A stretch of 58,104 nt of DNA from Novosphingobium sp. (GTDB lineage Bacteria; Pseudomonadota; Alphaproteobacteria; Sphingomonadales; Sphingomonadaceae), in the NCBI GenBank assembly GCA_031421295.1, contig JANOOJ010000194.1, forward strand, positions 1 through 58,104, in the 5' to 3' direction. The notes beneath the pieces were generated by a model. The model saw nothing but the letters and a program-made list of their open reading frames with translations. It was not told where the DNA came from and did not search any database. Each line of letters opens with the position of its first letter. Position 1 is the stretch's first letter. Shown here in pieces: positions 38,267 to 48,827 of this stretch. The translations under genes and the position numbers were made by a program.

Positions 38267-39459
38267 GCCGCCAGCTCGCGATAGATCGTGCGATAGGCCT
38301 CGGCACCGTCGGCCACCGCGAAGTGCTCCAAAGCGACCGAACGGCACCTGGCGGGGGTCGAGGGGTCGCCTGCCATCGCCAACAGCCGATCGACCGCGCG
38401 GGTCCGTTCCGCCGGGGTGAATTCCCGCAAGGCGACGCCCGCGCCTTCACCCTCGAGCATCAGTTCCATGTCGCCCACCCCGACATTTCCGAGGCACGGC
38501 ACGCCGCAGCCGAGATATTCGGCCAACTTGGTCGGTGCGCTGGCGATCTTGGAGAAGACCGGGCGGATGATCGCCGCGCCCGCGCTCATCCGGCGGATTT
38601 GCGCGGGAACTTCGGCATGGTCGGCAGCGGTGAGTTCGAGGCAGTCCCCGGGCAATCCGGCAGCCGCGACCATCCGGCGAACCAGCGCCTGTTCGTTGCG
38701 GTTGACCACCAGCAACCGCGCGTCGGGGCGGCGTGCCCGCAGCACGGCAAAGCAGGCCAGCACTTCGTCGAACAGATACCAGGTCCCGATCGAGCCGAGA
38801 TAGCCCAGCGTGAAGGGCTGCGGCGGTGCGCCGTCACCGGGCGTAAAGCGGTCGAGATCGGCGCAGGTCGGAATAACGCTGATCGGCGCATGCGCGGTAT
38901 TGGCGAGATAGGGGAAGGCCGCAATCACCCCCTTCGAGGCATGGGTCAGCGTGACGATATGGTCCGCGCCGAGCAGCAGCGTCTGCTCCAGCCGCTTGAC
39001 CGCGCGGTAGATGCGGCCGCCAGCGGGCCAGATCCCGCCGTCGGTGCGCTCGTCCGCCCACAGCCCGCGCATGTCGAACAGCAGCTTGGCACCGGTCAGC
39101 AGCTTGACCACCCAGCCGATCAGCGCCGGGATATAGCTGCGGGCATGCACGATCCGGACATTGTGCCGCGCCGCCAGCCACAGCGCTAGGCCCAAGCCCT
39201 GCGCGATGTCGAACAGCGTGGCGGGCAAAGTTGGGGTCTTGTGATAGGTCAGCGGGTGCCAGGCGATCCCGGCGCGTTCGAGCCGCGCGGTAACCCCCGC
39301 AACCTTGTCCGCATTATCGCGGTCGGCCGACTTCTCGAAGCTCACCAGATGGATTGCGTAGTCGCCCGACAGGCGTTCGAGATAGGTGATGACCTGGCTC
39401 TGCCCGAGCGGCTCGAGCATGCCGTCATAGCTGATATAAAGGACGGAGGTCCGTCCCAT
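38263..39459 (-). CDS. Glycosyltransferase family 4
   Basis: SYDGMLEPLGQSQV, HARSY, FDMRGLWADE, IPTCADL, SAPTKLAEYLGCG. Confidence 0.9.
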   Translation of the reverse strand: MGRTSVLYISYDGMLEPLGQSQVITYLERLSGDYAIHLVSFEKSADRDNADKVAGVTARLERAGIAWHPLTYHKTPTLPATLFDIAQGLGLALWLAARHNVRIVHARSYIPALIGWVVKLLTGAKLLFDMRGLWADERTDGGIWPAGGRIYRAVKRLEQTLLLGADHIVTLTHASKGVIAAFPYLANTAHAPISVIPTCADLDRFTPGDGAPPQPFTLGYLGSIGTWYLFDEVLACFAVLRARRPDARLLVVNRNEQALVRRMVAAAGLPGDCLELTAADHAEVPAQIRRMSAGAAIIRPVFSKIASAPTKLAEYLGCGVPCLGNVGVGDMELMLEGEGAGVALREFTPAERTRAVDRLLAMAGDPSTPARCRSVALEHFAVADGAEAYRTIYRELAA

Positions 39460-40322
39460 CAGGCCCCACTAGGTACTTTTGGACGAGTCCCCACCGCGAC
39501 CCAGTAGGGCACGTCTTCGGAAAAACGCACGTCGACCAGCCCCGCATCCGCCATCATCGCGGCGATCTGCGCGCGGGTGAAGCGCTGCTCGAGCCGCGTG
39601 CCGAGCCGGTCGAGCGCATCGGTGCGCATCGTGTAGAAACTGCCCGCGCGATAGGGGCTGAGCGGCAAGCCGGAGACGTCCATCCCCGCCCTCTCGAGCA
39701 GCAACGCGGTGCGCGCCAGCGGGTAATAGACCGTCGCGGCAACCCCGGTGGTCACCGCCTTGCGCAGGCCGAACGGCAAGCGGCAGATGCCGCGCCGGGC
39801 AAGATCGCTGGCACGCCACAGCGCGCGGAACCACGCCGGGCGATTGTCGAACGCGTAATAGAGATAGACCAGGAACGGCGCGCCGGGCTTGAGTTTCTTG
39901 ACGCAATCGGCCATCGCCGCCGCCGTATCCGGGATGTGGTGCAGCACTCCCAGCGAATAGCCGAAGTCCTGGCTGGCATCGGCCAGCGGGATCGCATCGA
40001 CGCTGGCGCAGTGGAACCGCGCATTGGCCTTGCCCCGCAGCCGCCGCTGTGCGACCGCGAGCGCCTTGGCCGAGGGATCGATGCAGTTGAGCGTGCCGAT
40101 CCGGTCGACCACCCCGGCGGCCCAGCGGCCCGAACCGCAGCCGAGATCGAAGCCTTCGGCACCCTCGGGCAGGCTGTCCCACGGAAAGATGGCGAAGTAG
40201 CGCGCGAACAGTGTGCGCCATTCGGCCTCATTGAGCTGCGTCTGGTCGAAGCTGTCCCACTCCTCGCCGAACCCGGCGACGGTGCGCGCGTCGATATTTC
40301 GCCCCACGGCGACGTCATTCAT
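39459..40322 (-). CDS. Class I SAM-dependent methyltransferase
   Basis: [41 protein letters not shown]. Confidence 0.9.
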   Translation of the reverse strand: MNDVAVGRNIDARTVAGFGEEWDSFDQTQLNEAEWRTLFARYFAIFPWDSLPEGAEGFDLGCGSGRWAAGVVDRIGTLNCIDPSAKALAVAQRRLRGKANARFHCASVDAIPLADASQDFGYSLGVLHHIPDTAAAMADCVKKLKPGAPFLVYLYYAFDNRPAWFRALWRASDLARRGICRLPFGLRKAVTTGVAATVYYPLARTALLLERAGMDVSGLPLSPYRAGSFYTMRTDALDRLGTRLEQRFTRAQIAAMMADAGLVDVRFSEDVPYWVAVGTRPKVPSGA

Positions 40323-41206
40323 AAGGTGCGACCCTGATCCAGCAGCGCCAGCAGGTAGCGCCCATAACCGGTCTTGGCAAAGAACTCGCCGCGCGCGCGC
40401 AATTGCGCATCGTCGATGAAACCCTGCTGCCAGGCGATTTCCTCGAGGCAGGCCAGCTGGATGCCCTGGCGGTGCTGGAGGGTGCGGACGAACTCGCTGG
40501 CCTCGAGCAGGCTGTCATGCGTGCCGGTATCGAGCCAGGCATAGCCGCGCCCCATGCGCTCGACGTGCAGCGCGCCCAGCTCCATGTAGCGCCGGTTGAG
40601 ATCGGTGATCTCCAGCTCGCCGCGCGCCGAGGGGCGGACTTGCCGCGCCAGCTCGACCACGCGGTTATCGTAAAAATAGAGCCCGGTCACCGCCCAGCTC
40701 GACTTGGGTTGGGCCGGCTTTTCCACGATCGACAGCGCGCGCGCGTCGCTGTCGAGTTCGACCACGCCATAGGCCGAAGCGTCTTCGACATGGTAGCCGA
40801 AGATCGTCGCGCCTTCTCCGGATTCCGAGCGCGCGCGGGCGCGGCCAAGCATGTCGGGCAGCCCGGCACCGTGAAAGATATTGTCGCCCAGCACCAGCGC
40901 ACTAGGCCCCTCGCCGATGAACTCCGCGCCGATCAGATAGGCCTGCGCCAGCCCCTCGGGCCGTTCCTGGATCGCGTATTCGATCGCCAGTCCGATCTGC
41001 TCGCCACTGCCGAACAGTCGGCGGTAATTGCCCAAATATTCGGGCGAAGAGATGATCAGCACCTCGCGGATACCCGCCAGCATCAGCATCGAGAGCGGGA
41101 AATAGATCATCGGCTTGTCGTAAACCGGCAGCAGCTGCTTGTTCACCGCAAGCGTCGCGGGATGGAGGCGCATGCCCGAACCGCCTGCGAGGATGATGCC
41201 CTTCAT
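40319..41206 (-). CDS. rfbA: Glucose-1-phosphate thymidylyltransferase (RmlA)
   Basis: [60 protein letters not shown]. Confidence 0.96.
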   Translation of the reverse strand: MKGIILAGGSGMRLHPATLAVNKQLLPVYDKPMIYFPLSMLMLAGIREVLIISSPEYLGNYRRLFGSGEQIGLAIEYAIQERPEGLAQAYLIGAEFIGEGPSALVLGDNIFHGAGLPDMLGRARARSESGEGATIFGYHVEDASAYGVVELDSDARALSIVEKPAQPKSSWAVTGLYFYDNRVVELARQVRPSARGELEITDLNRRYMELGALHVERMGRGYAWLDTGTHDSLLEASEFVRTLQHRQGIQLACLEEIAWQQGFIDDAQLRARGEFFAKTGYGRYLLALLDQGRTL

Positions 41207-42093
41207 GCTGCCTGTCCCTGTGTCGCCAATTGCCCGACAATCTCGTCCACGGCGTCCTGCCACGGGCGCAGCGAAATGCCAAAGTCGCGTTTCAGTGCGC
41301 TGGTGTCGAGCCGCGAATCTAGCGGGCGGCGCGCCGGTGTGGGATAGTCAGCGGTAGCGATCGCCTCGACCCGCGCCGGAACCTTCAGGCCAAGGCGAGC
41401 GGCAGTGGCAAAGACATGGCTCGCCAGCCCGTACCATGTAGTCTCGCCCGCATTGGCGCAGTGCCAAGTGTCCGAATCCTGCGTCGGGTCGAAGCTAAAG
41501 CGCGCAATTATTGTTGCCAGCGCGGCGGCAAAGTCGCCTGCATGGGTGGGCGTGCCGCGCTGGTCGGCCACCACTCGCAGGATGTCGTGCTCGGCCCCGA
41601 GGCGGAGCATGGTTTTGACGAAGTTGCCGCCGTCGGCGCTCACCACCCAAGCAGTGCGGATGATCGCGTGGCTGCCGCCAACCGCGCGCACCGCGTTCTC
41701 GCCGTCGGCCTTGGTTCGACCGTAAATACTGACCGGACCGAGCGGCGCATCTTCGCGCCACGGCCCTTGTCCATCGGCGGCGAAAACATAGTCGGTCGAG
41801 ACATGGATGATCGGGATCCCTGCCCGCGCGGCGGCTTCAGCGAGTCTGCCGGGCGCAATCGCATTGACGGCATAGGCCAGTTCGGGCTCGCTCTCGGCCT
41901 TGTCCACGGCGGTATAAGCCCCGCAGCTGACCACCGCGCCAACGCCTTCAAGCCAGCGCTCGAGCGGCGGCAGTTTGGCGAGATCGAACTCGCCGCGCGA
42001 CGGCGCAACGATTTCCACACCCGGCGGTGGGTTGCGCCGCAGTGCCAGCCCGACCTGCCCGGTCCCGCCGGTCAGCAGCCAGCGCTCAGTCAT
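41203..42093 (-). CDS. rfbD: dTDP-4-dehydrorhamnose reductase (RmlD)
   Basis: [54 protein letters not shown]. Confidence 0.95.
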   Translation of the reverse strand: MTERWLLTGGTGQVGLALRRNPPPGVEIVAPSRGEFDLAKLPPLERWLEGVGAVVSCGAYTAVDKAESEPELAYAVNAIAPGRLAEAAARAGIPIIHVSTDYVFAADGQGPWREDAPLGPVSIYGRTKADGENAVRAVGGSHAIIRTAWVVSADGGNFVKTMLRLGAEHDILRVVADQRGTPTHAGDFAAALATIIARFSFDPTQDSDTWHCANAGETTWYGLASHVFATAARLGLKVPARVEAIATADYPTPARRPLDSRLDTSALKRDFGISLRPWQDAVDEIVGQLATQGQAA

Positions 42094-42109
42094 GGCACCG
42101 CACCAAGTC

Positions 42110-42210
42110 CCCCTCCCGCTTGCGGGAGGGGTTAGGGGTGGGTGAGTCAATTGTCACGCCGCGCTGCCGGAGGTTCGCCCGCCCCCGGCCCCTCCCGCAA
42201 GCGGGAGGGG
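42110..42210. repeat. REP/REPIN-like palindromic doublet
   Basis: 33 bp inverted arms (42110-42142, 42178-42210; 4 mismatches), each containing the hairpin CCCCTCCCGC-nn-GCGGGAGGGG; 35 bp spacer. Confidence 0.85.
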
Positions 42211-42233
42211 AGAAAATTGCGCTTGCCGACGTG

Positions 42234-43301
42234 TTATCCATCGGCCAACCCCAGCCGCTGCCCGCGATAGCTGCCGCTTTGTACCGCGCGCCACCAGTCT
42301 TCGTTGTCGAGAAACCAGCGGACCGTCGCGGCGATGCCGCTTTCAAAGCTTTCCTGTGGTTCCCACCCCAGTTCGCGGCGCAGCTTGCCGGCATCGATCG
42401 CGTAGCGGAAATCATGGCCCGGGCGGTCGGCGACGAAGCCGATCTGCGCACGGTAACTCTGGCCGTCAGGACGCGGCTTGAGGCGGTCCAGCGCGGCGCA
42501 GATCGCCTCGACCACTTGCAGATTGGTGCGCTCGCTGTTGCCGCCGATGCAATAGGTCTCACCCGGAATCCCGGCATCGACCACGCGGCGCAGCGCGCGG
42601 GCGTGATCCTCGACATAGAGCCAGTCGCGGACATTGCTGCCATCGCCGTAAACCGGCAGCGAATCGCCCGCGAGCGCCTTGAGGATCACCAGCGGAATGA
42701 GCTTTTCGGGGAAGTGGTACGGCCCGTAATTGTTCGAGCAATTGGTCACCACCACCGGCAGGCAATGGGTGTGGAACCACGCCCGGACAAGATGATCGCT
42801 GCCCGCCTTGGTCGCCGAATAAGGTGAACGCGGATCGTAGGCGGTCGTCTCGTCGAAGGTGCCTTCGGCCCCGAGCGAACCGAACACCTCGTCGGTTGAG
42901 ATATGATGGAACCGGAAGCGATCACGCGCCTCCGGCTCAAGCTTCCGCCAATAAGCGGTCGCGGCTTCGAGCAAGGTGAACGTGCCGACCAGATTGGTGC
43001 GGATGAAGTCCGCCGGGCCATCGATCGAGCGGTCGACATGGCTTTCCGCCGCAAGATGCATCACTGCATCGGGGCGGAACTCGGCAAAAGCATCGGTCAT
43101 CGCGCCAGCGTCGCAGATGTCGGCGCGGCGGAAGTGGTGGCGATTGGACCGCGCCGCATCGCCCAGCGAAGCGAGGTTGCCGGCATAGGTCAGCGCATCG
43201 AGCGTGCAGACTTCCGCCGAGGTTTCGGCGATGAGCTGGCGCACCACCGCCGAGCCGATGAAGCCGGCCCCGCCGGTGACGAGAATTCGCTGGTGACGCA
43301 T
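42234..43301 (-). CDS. rfbB: dTDP-glucose 4,6-dehydratase (RmlB)
   Basis: [62 protein letters not shown]. Confidence 0.96.
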   Translation of the reverse strand: MRHQRILVTGGAGFIGSAVVRQLIAETSAEVCTLDALTYAGNLASLGDAARSNRHHFRRADICDAGAMTDAFAEFRPDAVMHLAAESHVDRSIDGPADFIRTNLVGTFTLLEAATAYWRKLEPEARDRFRFHHISTDEVFGSLGAEGTFDETTAYDPRSPYSATKAGSDHLVRAWFHTHCLPVVVTNCSNNYGPYHFPEKLIPLVILKALAGDSLPVYGDGSNVRDWLYVEDHARALRRVVDAGIPGETYCIGGNSERTNLQVVEAICAALDRLKPRPDGQSYRAQIGFVADRPGHDFRYAIDAGKLRRELGWEPQESFESGIAATVRWFLDNEDWWRAVQSGSYRGQRLGLADG

Positions 43302-43306
43302 GTGAA

Positions 43307-43867
43307 TCAGTCCAAAGCCCGCATCGGTTCGCCGTCATAGGCGAACGGGCTGGAATAGTCGCGCAGTCGCGGCAGGGTTTGGTCCTTGGCAGAAAGCAGC
43401 GGCACGATATCGGCCAGCGGCCAGGCGATGCCGATCTCGGGATCGGCCCACGCAATCCCCGCATCGCACTCGGGGGCGTAATAGCCCGAGGCCTTGTAGC
43501 CGACCTGGACGTCGTTGGTCAGCGTCAGGAAGCCGTGGCCGAAGCCCACCGGAATAAACAATTGCTCACCGCCATCGGCAGTCAGCGTCGCGCCGACCCA
43601 CTGCCCATGGCTGGGCGAACCGGCTCGCAAATCGACCGCAACGTCGAAAATCGCGCCAGCGAGGCAGCGCACCAGCTTGGCCTGGGCGTGCGGCGGGGTC
43701 TGAAAATGGATCCCGCGCAGCGTGCCGCGCTGGGCCGAGAAGCTCTGGTTGTCCTGTACGAATTCAAGATCGATACCGCATTCGGCCAGCCGGCGGCGGC
43801 TGTAGGTCTCGCTGAACCAGCCGCGCGCGTCGCCATGCCGGACCGGGACAATGCGCTGGGGAATCAT
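43307..43867 (-). CDS. rfbC: dTDP-4-dehydrorhamnose 3,5-epimerase (RmlC)
   Basis: [46 protein letters not shown]. Confidence 0.95.
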   Translation of the reverse strand: MIPQRIVPVRHGDARGWFSETYSRRRLAECGIDLEFVQDNQSFSAQRGTLRGIHFQTPPHAQAKLVRCLAGAIFDVAVDLRAGSPSHGQWVGATLTADGGEQLFIPVGFGHGFLTLTNDVQVGYKASGYYAPECDAGIAWADPEIGIAWPLADIVPLLSAKDQTLPRLRDYSSPFAYDGEPMRALD

Positions 43868-44086
43868 GCGGTTGGTACTCTGGTCCGGGCTGCTGGCGGG
43901 TGCTGGGTCCGTTAGGCGCAATTGGCGCCAGCGTCCAGCCTCCGCGCAGCGGCCCAATGGTCAGGGCGACTCGAAGCGATTGCGGCAAAGCAGCATCCGC
44001 CCTATACGCGCGCCCAACGCAGCTATTGACGTCGGAAGCCCGGCTAAATAGCGGCAGCGACGCGATAATCGGGCGAATAACGGGCA

Positions 44087-45361
44087 ATGTTTTTTTCCAA
44101 CCAGCGCTTGCAGCGGCGCGGCCTGTGGCTCAATCCGCTTGTCCGGCTGGCGATCGCAATCGTGGTCTGCGTCGGCGTGCCGCTGGTCAGCCAGACCTGG
44201 TACCTGCCGCTGGGCTGGCGCGAGCCCGAAGCGCTCAACACCGCCTGGGCAGCGCTCGGCGGTGTGATCCTGGGCTTCTGGCTGCACCGTTCGGTCAGCG
44301 AATTGCCCGGTACGCAGGAAAGCTCGGGCATCCTGCCCGGATATCTGACCTCATTCGGCCTCGCGCTGACCGTTATCCTGCTGTTCCGGATAGATTATTC
44401 GCGCTCGATCCTGGTACTCAGCTTCTTAATGACGATTGCCTGGTTCTTCCTGCTTTACGTCGTGACGCAGCGCCGGGCGCTGCTGCGGCTGGGTGTGGTC
44501 GCGGGCGGACGGATCGAGCTGTTCGACGATATGGCCGGTGTCGCGCCGGTCCGGCTGGCGCTCGATCAATGGCCGCACGATATCGATGCGGTGACCGCCG
44601 ATTTCCGTTATGATCACAGCGATGAATGGGAAGCGCGGCTCGCCGATATCACGCTGGCAGGCATCCCGGTCTATCACTCCAAGGATCTCTATGAATCGCT
44701 GACCGGTCGCGCCGATCTCGAGCATCTGTCGGAAAACAACTTCGGTTCGCTGGGTCCGCTCGCAACCTTGCTGGGGTTCAAGCAGGTGGTCGACGTGCTG
44801 ATCTCGATTCCCACGCTGGTCGTGCTGACCCCGCTGTTCCTGGTTTCCGCGATCGCGATCAAGCTCGATTCGCGCGGCCCGGTGCTGTTCCGCCAGAGCC
44901 GCGCGGGCTATCGCGGCCAGGAGTTCACGGTTTACAAATTCCGCACCATGCGTTCCGATGAGCGCAAATCCCCGCGCGAGATCGACAGCTTCATCACCCA
45001 GGAAAACGACCGCCGGATCACCCGCGTCGGGCGGTTCCTGCGCCGTTCGCGGATCGACGAGCTGCCGCAGATCGTCAACATCCTGCTCGGCCAGATGAGC
45101 TGGATCGGACCCCGGCCCGAAGCCTCCCAGCTGTCCGAATGGTACGTCGAGGAAATCCCGTTCTACCGCTATCGCCACGTGGTGCGACCGGGGATCACCG
45201 GCTGGGCGCAGGTCAATCAGGGGCACGTTGCCGAAATCGCGGACATCAAGAAGAAGCTGCAATACGACTTCTACTATATCCGCAATTTCTCGCTGTGGCT
45301 CGACCTGCTGATCATCATGAAGACGGTGAAGACCGTGTTCACCGGCTTCGGCCACAAATAA
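44087..45361 (+). CDS. Priming undecaprenyl-phosphate sugar phosphotransferase
   Basis: Four N-terminal TMs; YKFRTM, RITRVGRFLRRSRIDELPQ, GPRPE, RPGITGWAQVN, LQYDFYYI. Confidence 0.93.
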   Translation: MFFSNQRLQRRGLWLNPLVRLAIAIVVCVGVPLVSQTWYLPLGWREPEALNTAWAALGGVILGFWLHRSVSELPGTQESSGILPGYLTSFGLALTVILLFRIDYSRSILVLSFLMTIAWFFLLYVVTQRRALLRLGVVAGGRIELFDDMAGVAPVRLALDQWPHDIDAVTADFRYDHSDEWEARLADITLAGIPVYHSKDLYESLTGRADLEHLSENNFGSLGPLATLLGFKQVVDVLISIPTLVVLTPLFLVSAIAIKLDSRGPVLFRQSRAGYRGQEFTVYKFRTMRSDERKSPREIDSFITQENDRRITRVGRFLRRSRIDELPQIVNILLGQMSWIGPRPEASQLSEWYVEEIPFYRYRHVVRPGITGWAQVNQGHVAEIADIKKKLQYDFYYIRNFSLWLDLLIIMKTVKTVFTGFGHK

Positions 45362-45371
45362 GGATGCCTTC

Positions 45372-46655
45372 GTGACCGCTCATTCCCCTCGCCCGAATGT
45401 CCGCGTGGTGGTGATCGGGCTCGGCTATGTCGGGTTGCCGCTGGCGGTTGCGCTGGCCCAGCAGTTCGAAACCGTCGGGCTCGATGTCGACGCGCGCCGG
45501 ATCGCCGAGTTGCAATCGGGCCACGACCGCACCGGCGAGATCGAGCGCGAGCGGCTGGCGGCTTCGACGCTCACCCTGACCGCAGATCCTGCTGCCTGCC
45601 CCCGGGCGGATTTCTACATCGTCACCGTGCCGACCCCGATCGACGCGGCCAACCGGCCCGATCTGCGCATGGTCGAAGCCGCCAGCCGCACCGTCGCCGC
45701 CATGCTGCCTGCAGCAGTCGCCGAAGGCCGCGTGCCGGTGGTGGTCTATGAAAGCACGGTCTATCCCGGGGTGACCGAGGACATCTGCGCGCCGATCCTC
45801 GAAGCCGGGTCGGGCCTCGTCTGCGGCACCGACTTCTTCCTCGGCTACAGCCCCGAGCGGATCAATCCCGGCGACCGCGAACATACGATCGACAAGATCA
45901 CCAAGGTTGTCTCGGGCCAGACCCCCGAGGTGCTCGAGCGGGTGGCCGAACTCTACAATGCGATCACCAGCGGCGGGGTGTTCCGCGCCGCCTCGATCAA
46001 GGCTGCCGAGGCCGCCAAGGTGATCGAGAACGCCCAGCGCGACATCAACATCGCGTTCATGAACGAAATCGCGCAGATCTTCGGGGCGATGGACCTTTCG
46101 GTCTGGGATGTGCTGGCGGCGGCGCGGACCAAGTGGAACTTCCTGCCCTTTGCCCCCGGCCTCGTCGGCGGGCACTGCATCGGGGTCGATCCCTATTATT
46201 TGAGCCACCGCGCCGAAGCGCTCGGGCTCGATCCCCGCGTGATCCTGGCGGGGCGCGAGACCAATGACGGCATGGCCGCCTGGGTCGCTACGAAGCTCCA
46301 CGAAATACGCGGCGGCAAGCCCGGCAGTGTGCTGATGCTGGGACTGACTTTCAAGGAAAACGTCCCCGATCTGCGCAACAGCAAGGTCGCCGATCTGGTC
46401 CGCGAACTGACCGCGCTGGGACACGACGTTACCGTTCACGATCCGCATGCCGACGCCGACGAAGCGCACCACGAATATGGCATCGCACTGTCCGCCGACG
46501 CGCTGACCCGCCAGCACGACCTCGTGCTGCTGGCGGTGCCGCACCGCGATTATCTGGCGCTGGACGCCGCGACGCTGCGTCAGGCAGTCGCGCCGGGCGG
46601 CACGCTCGCCGATCTCAAGGGCGAGCTCGGCTCCGCCGCCGACTGGAGCCTGTGA
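45372..46655 (+). CDS. Nucleotide-sugar 6-dehydrogenase (WbpA/TviB-like)
   Basis: IGLGYVGLPLA, ESTVYPG, YSPERINPG, KVIENAQRDINIA, GGHCIGVDPYY, FKENVPDLRNS. Confidence 0.93.
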   Translation: MTAHSPRPNVRVVVIGLGYVGLPLAVALAQQFETVGLDVDARRIAELQSGHDRTGEIERERLAASTLTLTADPAACPRADFYIVTVPTPIDAANRPDLRMVEAASRTVAAMLPAAVAEGRVPVVVYESTVYPGVTEDICAPILEAGSGLVCGTDFFLGYSPERINPGDREHTIDKITKVVSGQTPEVLERVAELYNAITSGGVFRAASIKAAEAAKVIENAQRDINIAFMNEIAQIFGAMDLSVWDVLAAARTKWNFLPFAPGLVGGHCIGVDPYYLSHRAEALGLDPRVILAGRETNDGMAAWVATKLHEIRGGKPGSVLMLGLTFKENVPDLRNSKVADLVRELTALGHDVTVHDPHADADEAHHEYGIALSADALTRQHDLVLLAVPHRDYLALDAATLRQAVAPGGTLADLKGELGSAADWSL

Positions 46656-46656
46656 A

Positions 46657-47655
46657 ATGAAAGTGATCGTTACCGGCGCGGCCGGGTTCATCGGCTACAG
46701 CACTGCGGAGCGCTTGTTGGCGCGCGGCGACAGCGTGATCGGGATCGACTGCGTCAACGACTACTACGACGTGAATCTGAAGGAAGCGCGTGTGGCGCGG
46801 CTGAAGGAGCTGGGCGGCGAGCGCTTCACGTTCCTGCGCGAGGATTTCGCCGATTATGCGGGACTGGTCGAAGCGCTCAAGCCGCTGAGCTTCGAGCGGA
46901 TCATTCACCTCGGCGCGCAGGCCGGGGTGCGCTATTCGATCGAAAACCCGCACGCCTATATCTCGGCCAACATCCTCGGCCATCTCAACATGCTGGAGAT
47001 CGCGCGGCACCGCGAGCTGGATCACATGGTTTATGCCAGCTCGTCCTCGGTCTATGGCGGGAACACCAAGCTGCCGTTTTCGGTCGAAGACCGCATCGAC
47101 CACCCGCTCTCGCTCTACGCCGCGACCAAAAAGTCCGACGAGCTGATGAGCGAGACCTACGCCAACCTCTACCGCCTGCCGCTGACGGGACTGCGCTTCT
47201 TCACGGTCTATGGCCCGTGGGGCCGCCCCGACATGATGATGTGGATTTTCACCCAGAAGATCATGGCGGGCGAACCGATCCCGGTGTTCAACCACGGCGA
47301 GATGTCGCGCGACTTCACCTATGTCGATGACATCGTCAGCGGGATCGTTGCCTGCATCGACAATCCGCCGCCCGACGACGGGCTGGAGAAAGCAGGGGGC
47401 AGCTTCAAGCCGCACCGGCTCTACAACATCGGCAACCACAAATCCGAGCCGCTGATGAAAGTCATCGGCCTGCTCGAGGAACAATGCGGCCGCAAGGCCG
47501 AGCTCGAACTGCTGCCGATGCAGCCCGGCGACGTGCCGCAGAGCTACGCCGACATTTCCGCCATTTCAGGCGATCTGGGCTTTCAGCCAACCACCACGAT
47601 CAATGTCGGGGTTCCCAATTTCGTGCGCTGGTACAGGCAGTACCACGGGCTCTGA
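46657..47655 (+). CDS. UDP-glucuronate 4-epimerase-like NAD-dependent epimerase
   Basis: VTGAAGFIG, NDYYD..LK, AQAGVRYS, ASSSSVYG, SLYAATK, FFTVYGPWGRPDM, MQPGDV. Confidence 0.92.
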   Translation: MKVIVTGAAGFIGYSTAERLLARGDSVIGIDCVNDYYDVNLKEARVARLKELGGERFTFLREDFADYAGLVEALKPLSFERIIHLGAQAGVRYSIENPHAYISANILGHLNMLEIARHRELDHMVYASSSSVYGGNTKLPFSVEDRIDHPLSLYAATKKSDELMSETYANLYRLPLTGLRFFTVYGPWGRPDMMMWIFTQKIMAGEPIPVFNHGEMSRDFTYVDDIVSGIVACIDNPPPDDGLEKAGGSFKPHRLYNIGNHKSEPLMKVIGLLEEQCGRKAELELLPMQPGDVPQSYADISAISGDLGFQPTTTINVGVPNFVRWYRQYHGL

Positions 47656-47658
47656 CGG

Positions 47659-48228
47659 TCAGCCCCTAGGCGGGACCGGCAATGGCGCGTCGGTCGCCGG
47701 GGCGGCAGCGTCGGCGGCGGCATCCTGCGCCTTGAGGCGCGCTTCGTACTGCTTTTCAAGGCTTTCGACCCGTGCCTGCTCCTCGGCCGATGTCGCATCG
47801 ATCGTCGCCAGGCGGCGCGCGCGCTCTGCCTCGATCAGCTGGCCGAACCGCACATCGGGGGCACCCGCGCGCTCCTTGTAGGCTTCGGTGATCAGCTTGG
47901 CCTGGCACCCGGTCCAGCCGCCGGCACCGGTCGGCGTGCAGCTCATCGTCCCGGTCTTGCCCATCGTTTCATAGGCCAACACCTTGTTGGTCCAGGCTTC
48001 GTTCTGCGGGGATTCGGCCCCGCGGAACATTTCCGGGATGCGGAACCGCTCGGCCTCGGGCTTGCGTGCGCAGACCGTGATCTCTCCGGCACTGGGGGGT
48101 GGGCAGCTATCGTTGCCATAGATGATCAGCTGGTTGACCTTGTCGCCGCCAACGTCCTGCGCGGCGGCCGACGTGGCCCAAGCGAGCGTGGCGCCGAGTG
48201 CGGCAAGGCTGACGATAATCGGACGCAT
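47659..48228 (-). CDS. Secreted hypothetical protein with four cysteines
   Basis: Signal peptide ending AAA-Q; IYGNDSCP..EITVCAR..RFRIP..SCTPTGAGGWTGC; C-terminal coiled coil. Confidence 0.75.
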   Translation of the reverse strand: MRPIIVSLAALGATLAWATSAAAQDVGGDKVNQLIIYGNDSCPPPSAGEITVCARKPEAERFRIPEMFRGAESPQNEAWTNKVLAYETMGKTGTMSCTPTGAGGWTGCQAKLITEAYKERAGAPDVRFGQLIEAERARRLATIDATSAEEQARVESLEKQYEARLKAQDAAADAAAPATDAPLPVPPRG

Positions 48229-48311
48229 GCGGGCGGTTCCTGTGAATTGTTCGGGAGCAATATAGGCCGCTCCCCCGCTGAATAACAGATGAAGCGCTAT
48301 ATCCGTTCCGG

Positions 48312-48827
48312 CTAGATTCGCTCGGACAGCCGGATCGCCACGCGGCAACCCAGGCGGATCGCGCCCGACAGCAGCGGGTAACCCGGTGCCCGTTCGGCCC
48401 CGGCAGCCATCGCTGCGGCATGATGCTCGCGCTCGTCGTCGCGAAACTCGCGGATCATCGCGCCAAGTTCGGGATCGTCGCCGCCCAGCTCGTCGAGCTG
48501 CGCGGTATAGTGCTTCTCGATCTCGGTCTCGATCGCCGCGGTGCAGGCCATCGCCGCTTCGGGGCCGATCAGCGCGGTTGCCGCGCCGAGCGCAAAGCCC
48601 GCGACCGACCAGATCGGCTGGAGCGCCGTGGGCCGCACGCCGCGCGCCGCAATCAGGGCATCGAATTTCTGGCGATGTCCGGCCTCTTGCGCGGCCATCG
48701 TCGCGATCTCGCCCGAATGCGCGGCGCGGTCCCCCATCACCGCGAGCTGCCCCGCGTAAATCCGGGTCGCGCCATATTCGCCGGCCTGATCGACCCGCAG
48801 CATCCGCGCCGAACGCTGATTGGTCAT
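48312..48827 (-). CDS. coq7: Demethoxyubiquinone hydroxylase (Coq7 family)
   Basis: RMLRVDQAGEYGATRIYAGQ, EAGH, ACTAAIETEIEKHY, DEREH diiron motifs. Confidence 0.92.
   Translation of the reverse strand: MTNQRSARMLRVDQAGEYGATRIYAGQLAVMGDRAAHSGEIATMAAQEAGHRQKFDALIAARGVRPTALQPIWSVAGFALGAATALIGPEAAMACTAAIETEIEKHYTAQLDELGGDDPELGAMIREFRDDEREHHAAAMAAGAERAPGYPLLSGAIRLGCRVAIRLSERI

Noticed and set aside
40319-43867. rfbC-B-D-A gene order as a novelty
   Set aside because: rml gene order varies widely; not informative without comparison.
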